Assembly (NCBI GenBank): GCA_951406725.2
Contig: OX597819.1
Location: forward strand, 62,868,001-62,932,000
From: Octopus vulgaris
Lineage: Eukaryota
Reading direction: 5' to 3'
Length of the DNA: 64,000 bases
Shown here: positions 12,463 to 27,574 of the stretch, one piece after another
Numbering within the stretch: the first letter of the stretch is position 1
Layout of the letters: every line of letters begins with the position of its first letter
Made by a program: the position numbers and the translations under genes
The notes under the pieces: model-generated
What the model was told of the DNA's origin: nothing
What the model saw: only the letters and a program-made list of their open reading frames with translations
Database searches by the model: none

Positions 12463-13705
12463 GAAGAAGGTGTTATCAGCAAATGTCTGGACTAGTTATG
12501 TTTAATAAAATATAACTTCTTTACCTAAGTTTTAACATCTCCTTTCAAATAATCTCCTTGCGCAGCAATATATCCGTCTCATCGTTGCTGCTACTTTTAG
12601 AAACCGGCCTGGAAGTCGTTTTCCGTAAGCGAGTCGAGGACCTTTTACGATTTGCTCTGGATCTCAACAAGTGTTACAGCAGTGACCTTTGAGCTGAAGA
12701 GATGGAAATCCGCAGCTGCTAAATCTGGCGAATAGGGTGAGTGCAGAAGCAAATCTATGTTGTTTTTGGAGAGAAAATCAAGAGTAAGGAGAGCTCAGTG
12801 ATAGGGTGCATGTTCGTCGTGAAGAACCAAATTCTTCGCCGAATGTCTTCCTTCAAACGCTTCGAAACGTGACAGTAAAAATCTAGATTGATGGCCTGGC
12901 TCAGGGGGCGAATTCTCGATGCCGAATACCGCGGAAATGGTAAAAAAAAAAAACCATGAGCATGCTCTTGTTTGAGCAGCGGCTCTTTCGTGCCTTCTTA
13001 TTTCGTGGAGAGGAGAGCCTCTTCCATTGTGAGGACTGAAGCTTCGCCTCAGGGTCCTACCCATAGACTCAACTCACGTCACCGGTGATGATCCTCGACA
13101 CGAAGGATGGGTTAGCGACGCGATGTTCTTTCTGCTTAGCGGTCAACAGGAGGGGGTCAAACTAACAGACACACGCCGTGTGTTCAATTCAGGCATTAGG
13201 ATTGCCTGCTCGGACCCACACGACAGACCAACAAACGATATCAGCAATGTCGTTGATTGTCCTCGGACTCTCATCGTGCAAAAAACTGATGAATGTTTTC
13301 CACATTCCCGGAGTTGACGCTCATGGCAGTTCTTTCAGATCGCTCAACGTCTCCCAGAGACGTTCTTCCACTTTTGAAGCGTCTGTGCCACTCGAAACAT
13401 TATGTAAGACACATTGCCCCATCTCATGCTTATCAAAGCATGCTCAATTTCTCTGTAGCAGACTTCCCAAGTTTAACACAAAATTTCACGTTAGCCCTTT
13501 GCTCCAACTCCTTGTCCATTACCAAATCGCAGAGTACATCATACACAAACACAAATTTCATAATTTGCCAAGTAATTACAGCGATGTCACTCGGCACACT
13601 GTTTCATGAAGGTCCCTGCTACCTCTCCATGCACACCCAACCTCGTGCTGCCATCCATTGGCGGGCTACAGAAATAGTACAGGAACGTTTTGATACCACC
13701 TCGTA
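12463..13705 (-). mobile_element. Degenerate mariner transposon
   Basis: TIR tacgaggtggtatcaaaacgttcc at the right end, diverged copy at the left; minus-strand remnants TGDVSW, LHDEHAPYH, YSPDLAAADFHLF. Confidence 0.8.
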
Positions 13706-14167
13706 TATAGCCAGAAGGATAGAGTGAGAGAGAAAGAGAGAAATCTGCTACGTTGCAGAGGTCAAATATATTTTCTTATATCTCTTAATTTCTGCCATAT
13801 TTTCTAGCTTTGTTGTTACTCGCTGCCCTCCATCAGCAAACGTAGAAACATAGTTAATATCAGCAATGATATACATTTTTTTCCCTTTTTCACACACCAT
13901 AAATAATTTTACTGGCATTTACATAAATCATTCACTGAACTACCTGTATTTACCAGATTGTAAAACGGCCATTATTTTCGTATACATATATTGTTCATAT
14001 TCTAATATTTTCTGTTATTTATTCATATCTGCCTTTGTAGTTTACGATACATTTTTCGTAAATATTTTATATTGGTTTTGTGTATATTTTTGCGATTTCT
14101 TTTTCTCCTTTTCCATTGTTCTGTAATTTTTGGTTAGTATTTTTGTAATTGTTTTTGCTGTTCTTTC

Positions 14168-14258
<91 letters not shown>

Positions 14259-14465
14259 ATTATTATTATTATTATTACTTATTAGTATTTATTAGTGTTA
14301 GTATTATCAGTAATATGTTTTTCCGCAGTTTTATACGAGTTTTTAATAAACCACTCCGTTCGACTCTGTTTTCGTAAGGTGTGCGCGTTATATCGTTTTG
14401 TGTTTGATTTGCAAGATTCTTGTTTTGAACTCCTGTATTGAAACATATTAAGTTGTTTCATGCGC

Positions 14466-14750
14466 GTCATTATGCCAATGGTAACCACACACATTGTATC
14501 TGTTTCACTTAGTATTTATTTACCTATCAATTTGTTAACTGTTTAACCAATTATCTAATCTTTTATGTGATTAGTCGTTCGGTCCAACAATCAGTCATTT
14601 ATGTGAAAGTCCTTTCACCGCCATCATCGACATCCGAACTATTACTCATACAATCAGTTAGTTAACAGTTTAAACAATTAACTAATTGACGAATAAATAT
14701 TAAAGAAATAAAATAGAATCAGTGCACGTGTTTATCATTGGCATAATGAC
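14466..14750. repeat. Diverged inverted repeat (~85-bp arms)
   Basis: gtcattatgccaatggtaacc...ttaactgtttaac (14466-14550) versus gttaacagtttaaac...catcattggcataatgac-like arm (14657-14750). Confidence 0.6.
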
Positions 14751-15741
14751 CGTCCCAGGATAGCACAAAAAGTACGCATTATTTATTTTTGGGAATGTTC
14801 TATACTCTGTCAGTTTTGCTTTGGTGTGTTTGGTCTCTTGTGGTCGCGTTTCCTGAGTTTAATATTACTTATTTTCTGTAGGTTATGAACAATATAGAAT
14901 TCTGTTGGGTAGTGTTTATGGTTCGTAAATGCTTGAAGATTGCTGTACACAATTACAGGCGGTGACTGTGTAGCGTATGTGGTCTGACCTCGTTTCCTAT
15001 AAAGGCTTTATAGGTCTAAATTATTTGAGATGTTGATCACACATGCTCCACCACGACGTTATCAGCAAACAGCCTATTACCTATCTATAGGCCGCCATAT
15101 CTCCTGCAGTGTACTAACAATAAATTACCATCTGATAAATGTTAACCTTCCTATAGGTTAAGATGTTCTTAATCTGAGCAGTAGCAACCCTCTGAAGCGT
15201 TGTGAGCCCACTAGAAGACTCCCTTACATCTGATACTATACTCATAATCACACTTCAGACAAAAAAATATACGAATATGGCCACGGCAGAAGATGTGCCG
15301 ACGTCCAATAATATAGGTTGTTCAAAAAGACTCTGCAGTGAATTTTATTCATCCTGACTATCCAAGAGTTAGACTTTCCAAGATGTATTTCAAAACATGT
15401 GTAGAAGAGTCAGCTTCTGTATTGAAAATGAAGGACAGCACTTTCAGCACCTCTTATAAAATTTTTTAAAGACTTGTAAAGTCTAATATATTCTTTTGTA
15501 ATCTAATTACCATCTTATAAATATTTATTTTGCAATAAAATACTTACAGCGGAGAGACTTTTTAAACACTCTGTATATAACGTAACGGGCGGATGCTAAT
15601 GTAATTTCCAAAATTAAAAACATGGTTTCTCGTCTACAGAAAAATCAGGTTGAGTGGCAATTTGTATCTTCATGTTATATCATTTTAATTTGATACAAGT
15701 TGTCCAATCGCTGTTAAATTATTATTTCCATATACAACATA

Positions 15742-16162
15742 TTCTTTTACTTGTTTCAGTCATTTGACTGCGGCCTGGCTGGGGCACAGCCTTTAGTCGA
15801 GCAAATCGACCCCAGGACTTATTCTTTGTAAGCCTAGTGCTTATTCCGTTCATCTCTTTTGCCGAACCGCGAAATTACAAGGGCGTAAACACACGAACAT
15901 CGGTTGTCAAGCGATGTTCGGGGGACAAGAACATACACACACACACGCACGCACACACACACACACATACACACACACACACATATATATACATATACAC
16001 GACAGGCATTCTTCAGTTTCCGTCTACCAAATGCACTTACAAGGGTTTGGTCGGCCGGAGGCTACAGTAGAAGACACTTGCCCAAGGTGTCACGCAGTGG
16101 AAGTGAACCCGGAACCATGTTGTTGGGAAGCAAGCTACTTACCACACAGCCACTACTGCGCC
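15742..16162 (-). mobile_element. SINE family A
   Basis: Full head-to-tail similarity to 49127-49520 (reverse complement). Confidence 0.85.
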
Positions 16163-16219
16163 TATATGAATATTATGAATATATATGAATAGTAATTGTA
16201 TATTTTTATTTTACTATAT

Positions 16220-17215
16220 TCATAACAAGTTGGTGAAAAAGTTGCAATTAGACCCATGTTACGCTACATGTGGAAAAGGGGATTGAATATGAGGACAGCG
16301 GCAAAAGAAATTATGATGTGGAAGGGCCAGCAACTCAAAGACAAATCAAATTCAAGGAGAACTGTTGCGAAAGATGAAGCTTTGCTTGGAATTGTTGACC
16401 CACAGTAAAGTACAAGCACTTTTACCTACGCGGGCAGAAATTATCACCCGAAAACCGCCTTCAATCGACCCATCCATAAGCCCAGCATTGTTAACAGACG
16501 CTGTCGAGAAACTTCTCTTGAACTGAACAATAGCGAGGCTCAACAACGTGTGAATATTTGCAAACAACTGCTGGCAAATCCCATAGATGCCCTTTTGGCG
16601 TCGCATGATAACTGGGGATTATAAATGCATCTATTTTCGTAATCATAATTAAAATATCAGTGGCTTTGCTCGAGTGAGCCTTCATGTACAAAAGGTCATG
16701 TTGTGTATTTGGTGGAACTTCGAGCGAGTGTTTAGTCATTGAGCTTGTCCCATGTGGTCATCTTTTGAACGTTGACCTTTATGTACAACAACTGCAGCAA
16801 GTATATGATGGTTTGAATATCCACTCCCTCGCAGTAATCAATCGGTGTAATGCACTTCTATAGCATGACAATTCTCCAGTGCACATTGCCAATATGCCCA
16901 AGTGTAAACTTGAGTAAGCTGAAGAGCAGGAAATGCTACCTACAATCCAGATCATACACCATCAGATTACCACCTTTTTCAAGCCGTGGCTCCTTTCCTT
17001 CACGAACAGAAATCAATAATGTGATCGGGAATGAAAAGGAGTGCACGTTTTTTTGCCAAATTTTGTAAGCGTGGAATCGAGATTATGGCACAACGATGGC
17101 AACTGACAGTAGAATATGACGGGATATATTTTGATAGTTAAACTTCTTTGTATGTAAATTGTCTGAGCTGTTAATTATAACGTGGAAAACGAGAAAAGTT
17201 TTGACTCAATTTCGT
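16220..17215 (+). mobile_element. Highly degenerate mariner transposase remnant
   Basis: ITGD, KVMLCIWWN, HDNSPVH, PDHTPSDYHLF motifs across stops and frameshifts. Confidence 0.75.
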
Positions 17216-17321
17216 ACAATTAAAGAGGTACAAGATGAAATAGTATAAGACAATATGGATAATGAACCACTGCATGTAACTACTGTTTGATTAAAATATT
17301 CTAGACTTTTTTCTTTTGCAG

Positions 17322-17365
17322 AATATGGCGAATAGGCGTTTGTAAAACGTCATTAGGAGGAGAAG
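17322..17365 (+). CDS. Candidate 44-nt coding exon (IWRIGVCKTSLGGE)
   Basis: ttttttcttttgcag acceptor and aag|gtcggt donor; its phase-1 end is compatible with the exon at 17640. Confidence 0.3.
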
Positions 17366-17639
17366 GTCGGTGGGCCATAAACATGTTAAGAACCACATTT
17401 ATAGATAGCCAATAACCTTTAAACTATCACTAGCCTAGCGAAAGGTCTCCACTAGCTTATTAAGATTTCATCAATAACTTACCAACAGACCATCATTAAC
17501 GTACTGATACATATATCACTACCAGCTTTCTAACACATCAATACTAACTTAGCGATTCTGGTGATTATCCGTAAGACGTTGCATTGCCTTCTGGGACGAT
17601 AATGATTTCTTACATTGGCAAATTGCCTCACATTTGCAG

Positions 17640-17799
17640 TTAAATATATATGTCCTTCTGAATCAATATTGTACATTACTGGTTCGTATTGTTTTATTGA
17701 TCCCCGGAGAATTGAAAGCGAAACTATCTCCAGCACAGTTTCATGTGAAAACATAAAGGGACGTAACGCGAAATATAATCCGCATACGACTTTTCTACT
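17640..17799 (+). CDS. Candidate coding exon, C-type-lectin-domain-like N-terminal half
   Basis: catttgcag acceptor, ct|gtgagt donor, open frame KYICPSESILYITGSYCFIDPRR...VSCENIKGRNAKYNPHTTFL; Cys spacing resembles CP......CY.....C...G.LA of CTLDs. Confidence 0.45.
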
Positions 17800-18046
17800 G
17801 TGAGTTTCTCTCATCTTGAAATGTGTTAGAATTTATGCAACATATCTCTCACACAAAGACTTCATGCGAAAGCACCGGATTTTCTGATTCTTTCACCAAT
17901 GTTTAGGAGATATACATTGAACACAGTCGTAAACATATATATATACAAACCATACATATATATGTATGTGTATATATATGTGTGTGTATACATGCATGTA
18001 CATGTACATATTACATACATACATATACATATGTATACATATACAT

Positions 18047-18184
<138 letters not shown>

Positions 18185-18315
18185 GCATATATTGCCTATT
18201 TTTCTATCTTAGATCACATTGTTCACATACTCGTATTTGTATACGAAACATCGTACGCTTCAGTGCTGGCTTAAATTTCTATTGAAAATCTGTGGAGAAA
18301 AGTTAAATATATGTG

Positions 18316-18405
<90 letters not shown>

Positions 18406-18630
18406 CCTACCTACCTACCTACCTACCTACCTACCTACCTACCTACCTACCTACCTACCGACCTACCTACCTACGTACCTACGTACCTACCTACCTATCT
18501 ACCTACCGACCGACCTACCTACCTACGTATATACATACATACATACCTACCTACCTACCTATCTACCTACCTACCTACCTACCTACCTACCTACCTACCT
18601 ACCTACCTACCTAACTACCTACCTATCTGT
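18316..18630. repeat. Compound microsatellite (TATC)n grading into (TACC)n
   Basis: Seen directly. Confidence 0.95.
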
Positions 18631-18837
18631 CTGACTGTTTGACTGTCTGTTCGTCCGTTCTTCTATCCATTCAAACACATATAAAATCTCATAGTCACAC
18701 ATACATCCAAATCGTTTTCAAACAAGAAACGAAGTTGACAGTTTTAATTTCTTAGGTCAAGTCTAAGGGGAAAACGAAAGCACAGATAAATGAAATGGTA
18801 GTAGTCGGAGTTAGCTAATGATAAAAATAAAATAATG

Positions 18838-18883
<46 letters not shown>

Positions 18884-18894
18884 TTATAATAATA

Positions 18895-19102
18895 ATCCTT
18901 CCTAATAAAGGTACAAGCGCTGAAATTTGAAGGGAGGAGAGTAGTCGATTACATCGTCCCCCAGTGATTCACAGGTACTTAATTGATCGACCCTTAAAGG
19001 ATGCAAGACAAAGTTGACCTCGGTGGAATTTGAACTCAGATCGTAAAAGCGGACGAAATGTCACTAAGCATTTTGCGATCGGCGCGCTGACGATTCTGCC
19101 AA
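18895..19102 (-). mobile_element. tRNA-derived SINE, family B (Nin-domain-like core)
   Basis: Reverse complement of ggcagaatcgttagcacgccgggcgaaatgcttagc...gagttcaaattcc...gcctttcatcctttcggggtcgat. Confidence 0.75.
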
Positions 19103-19763
19103 TAATAATGAGAAGAAGAAGAAGAAGAAGAAGAAAAAAAGAAGAAAAAGAATAATAATAATAATAATAATAATAAGAAGAAGAAGAAGACGAAGAAGAA
19201 AAGCAACAACAACGAGATCAACAATAGCAAAAACAGCAGTAACAACATCAACAACAACAACAACAACAAAAACAAAAACAACAGCAACTACAACAATAAC
19301 AACAATTTCCAAGTGGTAAAGCACTAATGCATATATAATGGCTGATACTTCGCAAGGGAGGAAATGGTGGCTTTAATTATTTCTTTGTAAATGCAGTGAA
19401 AGAAACACTGAAATCAAAATATATGTAATTTTCCTTGTCTCTTGATCGCCATCCTTCATTTCACTCAATAAATTGTAAGTCAAGTAGAATACGACTGTTA
19501 CTATTTTTAGTCTTACGATATCTCTTTTTAGCTATTTTTAATTGGAAAACATTTATGTATAACAAATAACTGCTCGACCTCTCTCACCCTCCCACTCTCT
19601 CTTCCACTCACTCTCTCCCCACACACTCACGCGCGCATTTCTACAAATAGAGAAATCCGAGAACAAATTAAAATCAGGTATGAACAAAAGTCTATTAAAT
19701 GAAAGTATGTATGTATGCATGTATGTATGTATGTATGTATGTATTTATATATATATATATATG

Positions 19764-19811
<48 letters not shown>

Positions 19812-19918
19812 TATATATATATATATATATATGGAATATACGAGAATCTATTATTGATCACGACAATTGTTTCGATACATCTAGCGTACATACACACACA
19901 CGCACATATATTTGTGTA

Positions 19919-19958
<40 letters not shown>

Positions 19959-20528
19959 CATACATACATACATACATACATACAGATACGTATATGTGCA
20001 TATTTGTATGCGTATGCATACATGAACATGCACATATATCTGTCTCTCTCTCTCTATATATATATATATAATGTACTGTTCCGTGATAGAATATTCAACA
20101 AAAATGTACTCCACCTGGTGAGAGTTTAATATTATATATTTAAAGGACACAATTCAGGTCTTAAAATTTTTAACTAATGAATTCATGTTGAGAAATATCT
20201 CTTACATATTCATCAAGCACAGACCACATATTATAAATAAACTAAAAATATTGAATAATAGAAGAAACGCAAATAAACGAAACAAAACAAAACAAAATGA
20301 GAATGCAGCACAGAGAAAACACGGAAGGTTAAAAAATGGAATACGTGAAACGGAAAACGAAAACACAAATCTAAAATGTAAAATATAAAAGTACAAAAGG
20401 CAAAAGAGTTATCTTCCGTAGACCTTAAATTATAAGACTGGAAAGATAGCGAGTGAATCAGGTATAGGCAGAATTTTCCAATTCTTCAATATATATATAT
20501 ATATATACGTATATAAATATTTATATAC

Positions 20529-20569
<41 letters not shown>

Positions 20570-22844
20570 TATATAACTACACATTTACAATCATTATTAC
20601 GCACTACAAAAGCTACCCAATAGACCTGAAGAAAAAACTCAAGTAACAGCATGGTATTTCACAAATTTTATTTCCTACAGCTGTTTCATTAGCTAATACC
20701 AATCTGTATAGTTATATGAATGTTAAAAGCTCAATTGTACTGGACAAGACAATCGGAATACTTCTTATTTATGTAATTTTCATAATCTCCATATCATTGT
20801 TGATGTCACAATATTTATTTATATCCTCCTACTTTAATCTTTATTGCTATATTTATTCCTATTTCCCTTGTTTTATTTCTAATGCATTGTTACTTATAAA
20901 GAAATATATTCGCAAATATATATGGAATAAAATACTGTTGATTAATAGAAGTGAGCAAATACTTAAGTTTGATGGATTATAATATTTATGCCTACCCCAT
21001 TAATGGGTTCTTATATTTATGCCCTAATTTATGAATGCAACACATGACTTACAACATACATAATTTATAGTTACTATATTTATTACCTGTGGTTATATCT
21101 TATTATATATTCCATACCTTACAATCAACGCAATTCTTATAATATTTATATCTTACAATTCTTATAATATTTATATCTTACAAATCTCCACACATTGAAA
21201 TATATAGTTGTTACATCATGTATAACACAAGGTATTTTGCCATACACAATCTTCCCGGTAGTGTATTATACTCTGCATGATAACAATTATGTGATGGTCG
21301 AATGATATGGAATTAGATGATTCATTCACTTTGAGATTCCATCGATATTAAATGTAGTTTTAACAAATAAAAGAACAAGCGAACAAACTTAATATTCTGC
21401 TTGAAATACATTGTCAATATTTATGTAAATATAAGACAAAGAATTGCTGCAACCTGTAATATATGATAGAAATTTTACTTCTTCAACCAAGACACGTAAG
21501 AGTATTTCAATTTCTCATCGTTTCTCGTTTAATTGAGTTTATATTTTGTACTGAATATCACTTGAACTCACCCAACACATGAAAATGAATTGTGAAATAA
21601 ACTTATTATAGAAAACAAAATAGAATTCTTAAGTATTTCCTATTTTCCACACCATCTTTGATAAGATGAAGTTGGACTTCAGTGCAAACTTGGAAAAACT
21701 AACCTATTCAAAGAATGAAACGTATCAAAAACAGAGGCACCATATGATTTGGTGTTTGGGATTGTAAAATGATAGAAAGTAAAACATTTAGGACAATAAC
21801 AGGAAAAATAGAGGTAGTGTATGAACGTTGAAGAAAATGTATCGAATACTTGATATGTTCCTTAGCTGTTCAATGACAGTAGTTTGCAATTTAACATATT
21901 ATTTGAATACGCATGTATGTACATTCTAACAAAATATAAAGTTCGGTTTCTTTTCATCTCTTTTCGATTTCCACACTCACCATGTATGTATGTATGTATG
22001 TATGTATGTATGTATGTATGTATGTATGTATGTATGTATGTATGTATGTATGTATGTATGTATGTATGTATTTATCTATCTATAACAGTGTGTAGTTGGA
22101 TTAGGTGCGTATACACGTAGACACACACACAAGCACACACACACACATACACACACACTCACACACACACACACACACACATATATATAATGCGATCTTT
22201 ATACCCAACGGATATCTTGTTGGGACGCCGAATACTGCACTTTTACCCTAGAGAGGTCCTCTCATTTAAACACATGAAGCTTAAAAAAAAAGACATATAT
22301 CGTAGCAGACGAGAATTTTTCTGCTATGGGTACCACAATACCCAGATTACGTGATCTTAGTGTCCTGCATTTCTTCAGTGGCAGGGATCCAATGACCGCA
22401 TACCAGCCGAATCTAGCTGCCGCGATACATAAAATATTAGTCTCCTTTTGTTATTGAAGTCGCAAATAGTAGTGTCTTGTTAGTCACTAAATCACAGGCT
22501 TGTAAAAATGATAAAACTATTAGAGACGGAAGCAGTATTAGTACCAAAAAAACAATCTTTATATCTATCTTAACGTGGATGTCTTGGTAGAATACTAAAT
22601 AGAGCAGGCCTCTCATATACACGCATTAATTCTATAGAATTTATATAGAACGATACACATGTTTTTGTTACACCTGCTTATTTTTTCCGTTCCACTACAC
22701 TTCGTCTACCAAAGTTTCTAAGTAATATTTGAAGCTTGAAACTTCAAACTCCCCACCACCACCACCTTCTTAATCTTTAAATGAGTGTTAAACCAATTAT
22801 TACACCACGTTTTACTTTGTCTTTTTTGTTGTAAGATTTACCGT

Positions 22845-23040
22845 ACATTAGCAGGGCGGGCGAAATGCTTAGCGGTATATTGTCTGTCTTTACATTTTGA
22901 GTTCAAATTCCACCGAGGTCAACTTAGCCTTTCATCCTTTCGGGATCGTTAATTAATACCAGTAGCATACTGGTGTACATCTAATCGACTGGCCCCCTCC
23001 CCCAAAAGTTTCGGGCCTTGTGCCTAGAGAAGAAAAGAAT
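22845..23040 (+). mobile_element. SINE family B
   Basis: gggcgaaatgcttagcgg...gagttcaaattccaccgaggtc...gcctttcatcctttcggg. Confidence 0.8.
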
Positions 23041-23109
23041 ATTTGAAAATTACTATTTCTAAACCTTATAACGTGAGATATTCAGCAACAGAACTTTGTA
23101 GTAAAGATT

Positions 23110-23340
23110 GTTTGTCAACGTAACATGGCAGTCCTGATTTAGCCCCAGCCTCTGCAGCTGGCCATACGACACGAGCTGTGTCCTTATATTTTCGAACAAG
23201 GGAATCTAGCACCCACCACTCAGCTCAAAACAATATCTGTGTATCGCGATTTCTGGGTTATGTTATCTTCATCAGTCTCCTGGGGCTAAATTACAGCAAC
23301 ATTAGTCCTAAACCAGGACTGCCATGTTATGTTGGCAAAC
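23110..23340. repeat. Small fold-back element with ~33-bp inverted ends
   Basis: gtttgtcaacgtaacatggcagtcctgatttag versus ctaaaccaggactgccatgttatgttggcaaac. Confidence 0.65.
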
Positions 23341-23925
23341 GATCCTTACTAAAAAAGAATATTTGTCGTACATTGTGTAAACTTTGAACCTATGAATTCT
23401 AGGGTCAAGCCTCATTGAAAACAACTGTGTGCGTAACTGTGTATGTTTGTGTACACACACACACACACACACACACGCTATATGTATATCTGTGTTAGCA
23501 TCGGTGTGCGTGTGTGTATTAAACTACGGAAGATACATATAAGACATTCGAAGTCACCCAAAAAAATATTAACATCACCTTCTATGACTGGGTAAATACC
23601 CTGCATATATACGTGCATATATATGTGCATACGTGCATAAGTATGTGCAAACACTACAGACACTATATATGGGGTGGAACATAATTAAACATACGTAAAG
23701 ATATATAAAGCGACGCAAAGGCATGCCAGCAATGACAAGCACACACAAGTCTATTCGCAAAAGATATACATTTATATAAAACCAATTATCGTTCGACAAC
23801 GTTTACAACGAGAGTCATTGTCGAACTTATCTGCGTATAGGTGATTCTTTATATATGTATATATATTTACCTATAAATATATATGAGTGGGCGTGTGTCT
23901 GTTTGTGTGTGTGTATATATATTTT

Positions 23926-23959
<34 letters not shown>

Positions 23960-24588
23960 AGTGTGTGTGTGTGTATACATATATATGTTTACCTATATGT
24001 ATGTATACATTTATATAGAAATATAAATATGTGTGTGCATGTTTGTGGACGTGTGCGTGAGTATGTGTGTGCATTTGTGTGCGTGTGTGCGTGCGCGCAC
24101 GAGTGTATATATATATATGTGTGTGTGTGTGTATGTGTGTGATTTTACATGTGTTTTATATAAATGTCTGTAACTGTGATTTATATGTAAGTAATCACAA
24201 TTATAGCCAGATAACTATATGTACGCTCACATGCACACACACACACACACAAACACATACACACACAAACACACAGTTACATATAGCTGTAAACATACGT
24301 GTAGATGCACGTATAGATTTGTATATGTATCAATGTGTCGTCAGTCACTCACGAATTCTTCTGAACACACGCAAATCAGGAAAATCTTAATTTTCTTCAC
24401 AATACGTTTCCTACCGTTCAACAATGGTGGTCCAATTGATTTTCCAATAATCACTGGAGTTTCTTGCTAAGCTCTACATGTCCGCTTGATGAATTGATTC
24501 GTTAGAATAATCTTACTACAGTACACACACACATACACACATATGCTCACATACACACATATGCTCACATACACACATATGCATACAT

Positions 24589-24633
<45 letters not shown>

Positions 24634-24699
24634 AATGTTTTTATGCATTTGTATACGGACGTAAGTATATATATATATATATTCATATGTATATATATA

Positions 24700-24769
<70 letters not shown>

Positions 24770-24961
24770 TAGATATACTTATATAGATATATGCAGGTGT
24801 ATATGTAGGCAATATATGGATGTATACGTGTGTGTACGTGTGTGTGAGTGTATGCGTATCTACATACATTCACACAAACATTCAAACATAAATACATATA
24901 TATGATGTATGTATATATATATATATATATACGCTCAAAAAATGGTATAAATATATATATG

Positions 24962-25013
<52 letters not shown>

Positions 25014-25454
25014 CGTGTGTGTGTTTGTATGTGCAAATATGTGTGTGTATGCATGTGTCTGTGTACATATACCTGACATGGTGTTTGTATTAAAGCTTGT
25101 TGGAGTATTATAATATATTAAGATATCGGAGATAATAAGCTGCTGATATCTTTTCTGTTCATCTATTCATCTGTTCTCACAGGATTTAGGAAGATTCGGC
25201 GGAGTGTCAGACAAAATGCATTGCGATGTTATTTTAGAATCGGTTCTTCTTCGTTTCTCAGTCTAAATCCCAACGGAGTCGATATAATCGTCTGCAAACA
25301 TCTTCAAAACTGTTTGAGCTTTTGTAAATATCTGAAATCCAGATAGTCATCATCGTTGTCATCGCCAAATGCCCACCAACATCATCATGTTCATCACCGT
25401 CATCGTAATAAATATTAATTCTCTACTCTCATTATTTATTTTGATTATAACGCG

Positions 25455-26240
25455 AGTGAGATGGCAGAATCGTTAGCACGACGGGCGAAATGCTTAGCGG
25501 TATTTCGTCCGCCGCTACTTTCTGAGTTCAAATTCCGCCGAGGTCGACTTTGCCTTTCATCCTTTCGGGGTCGATTAAATAAGTACCAGTTACGCACTAG
25601 GGTCGATATAATCGACTTAATCCGTTAGTCTGTCCTTGTTTGTCCTCCCTGGGTGTAGCCCCTTGTGGGCAATAAAGAAATAAGAATCGTTAGCATGCCG
25701 CTACCTTCTGGGTTCAAATTTCGCCGAAGTCGACTTTGCTTTCATCTATTTGGGGTTGACAAAATAAATACTAGTTGAGTACTGGAGTCGATCTAATCGA
25801 CTAGTCCCATCATCAGAATTTCAGGCCTCGTGCCTATAGTAGAAAGGATTATTATTAAAGCGGTGAGCTAGCAGAATTGTTAGCATTTTGGGCGAAATGT
25901 TTAGCAGTATTTCACCCTTTGCTCCGTACTGCGTTCAAATTCCACCTAAGTCGACATTGCCTTTCATTCTTTCTGGGTCGATAAATCACGTACTATTGAA
26001 AACAGAACTTGATGTAATCGACTAGTCCATTCCCCAAAATTTCAGGCCTTGTGTCTATAGTAGAATCGTTAGCACGCTGGACGAAATGCTTAGCTATATT
26101 TCACCCGCCGCTACATTCTGAGTTCAAATTTCGCTGAGGTCGACTTTCGGGGTCGATAGAAATGATACCAGTTGAAAGCTAGGATCGATGTAATTGACTC
26201 ATCCCCTCCCCCAATATTGACGCCCTTGTGGCATAATTTG
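25455..26240 (+). mobile_element. Tandem cluster of about four SINE family B copies
   Basis: Repeated agaatcgttagca...gttcaaattc...gtcgactttgc modules. Confidence 0.85.
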
Positions 26241-27349
26241 AAACTATTGTTGTTGTTGTTGTTGTTGTTCTTCTTCTTCTTCTTCTTCTTCTTCTTCTTC
26301 TTCTTCTTCTTCTTCTTCTTCTCCCTCTTCTTCTTCTTCTTCTTCTTCTTCTTCTTCTTCTTCTTCTTCTTCTTGTTAATATTATTATTATTATTATACA
26401 CGTACCCCTTGGCTATGCATCGAACCCTACTCGGCAGCTATTGTATAATCCACATGAGCATCCTGCCTCTGCTCGCGGCTTGGCCGCCGCTGCAATAGAG
26501 CATCAGCCTAAACACATCCGCAGACAACAACACTGTCAACAACAATGACGGCGGTGGCCCAAATAACAGCCTAAATAACGATGCATCTTCTGAGAACTGC
26601 AGCAACGTGACCGATAGTAGTGTCGATAGCGGTGTCGACAACAACACTGCAAGCAATAGGGACAACAATATCAACACTTACGACTGCAGCAGCAATAACA
26701 ACTTTGCAGCCGGAAATAGCTGCCATACCAGCAACAACAGATCCACCAAGATCACATTCAAGAATCTTAACACTGCCAACAAATCCAGTAACAACAACGA
26801 CGACATCAGAAACGGAGCTAACGAAAGAAACATCGGCGGTCGTAGCATATCCAATACGCAAACACGAAAATATGTTGGTTTAGTTGCGCCCCGTTTAAGC
26901 AACGCCCGAACAAGCACAACCCCTCTTTTAATATAGCGCATAGACGCAACATCACTTCTCTGGCCAGCCAAGTGCGACGCTTAAAAGAAAGGAAACCTCA
27001 TACATAATCAAAATGGAAGCTCTTTAAACAAGCACAGGCTTATATAAGCGGGAGCACATGATGTTAGCTTTGCTTGGCTGAGAGGGGTTCATGGACCTTT
27101 TTAAACTCAAGGAAAGTAGTATTCAGTCAATGCCTTCATCTAAAATATTTCTTACCTAACACTAAGAATTCCCCTATTTGTTGAATAGTCCAGCTACAGC
27201 ACCACTGAATGTCACCATGGCCAGAGACAATATAAGAGGAATAACCCCTCCCGCTTTGCAGGTACTAGTATTTTTTGTTTAGAAAACCAACAGACCGTTG
27301 CCTTGTTTCTTCCGCCTGTTGTAGAGAGCTTATGCTACTTTAGCTATTT

Positions 27350-27409
27350 GAGTCTGATGAGTCGCCTATATTGTTAAGCCGTTTATAGATGCGAAACCAA
27401 AGTTCATTC
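27350..27409 (+). ncRNA. Degenerate type I hammerhead motif
   Basis: GAGU CUGAUGA GUCGCCUAUA...UAUAGAUGC GAAA CCAAAGU UC AUUC; core intact, stems II and III imperfect. Confidence 0.4.
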
Positions 27410-27574
27410 TATGATCGGCCATTACTTCTAACTTCCTTAAAAAATTCATTACTGTTCTAATGATTTACAGTGTTCTTCCTCTTCGGATATATGAACTATT
27501 GGGGATATATATACATAAGCAAAATTGAACACAGATACATAAGGTATGTGTGTTGTTTGTTTGTGGATTGGCTA

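Noticed and set aside
23242-23280. Minus-strand CUGAUGA...GAAAUCGCGAUA hammerhead-like motif in a fold-back element
   Set aside because: Stems I and II do not pair; at most a dead remnant.
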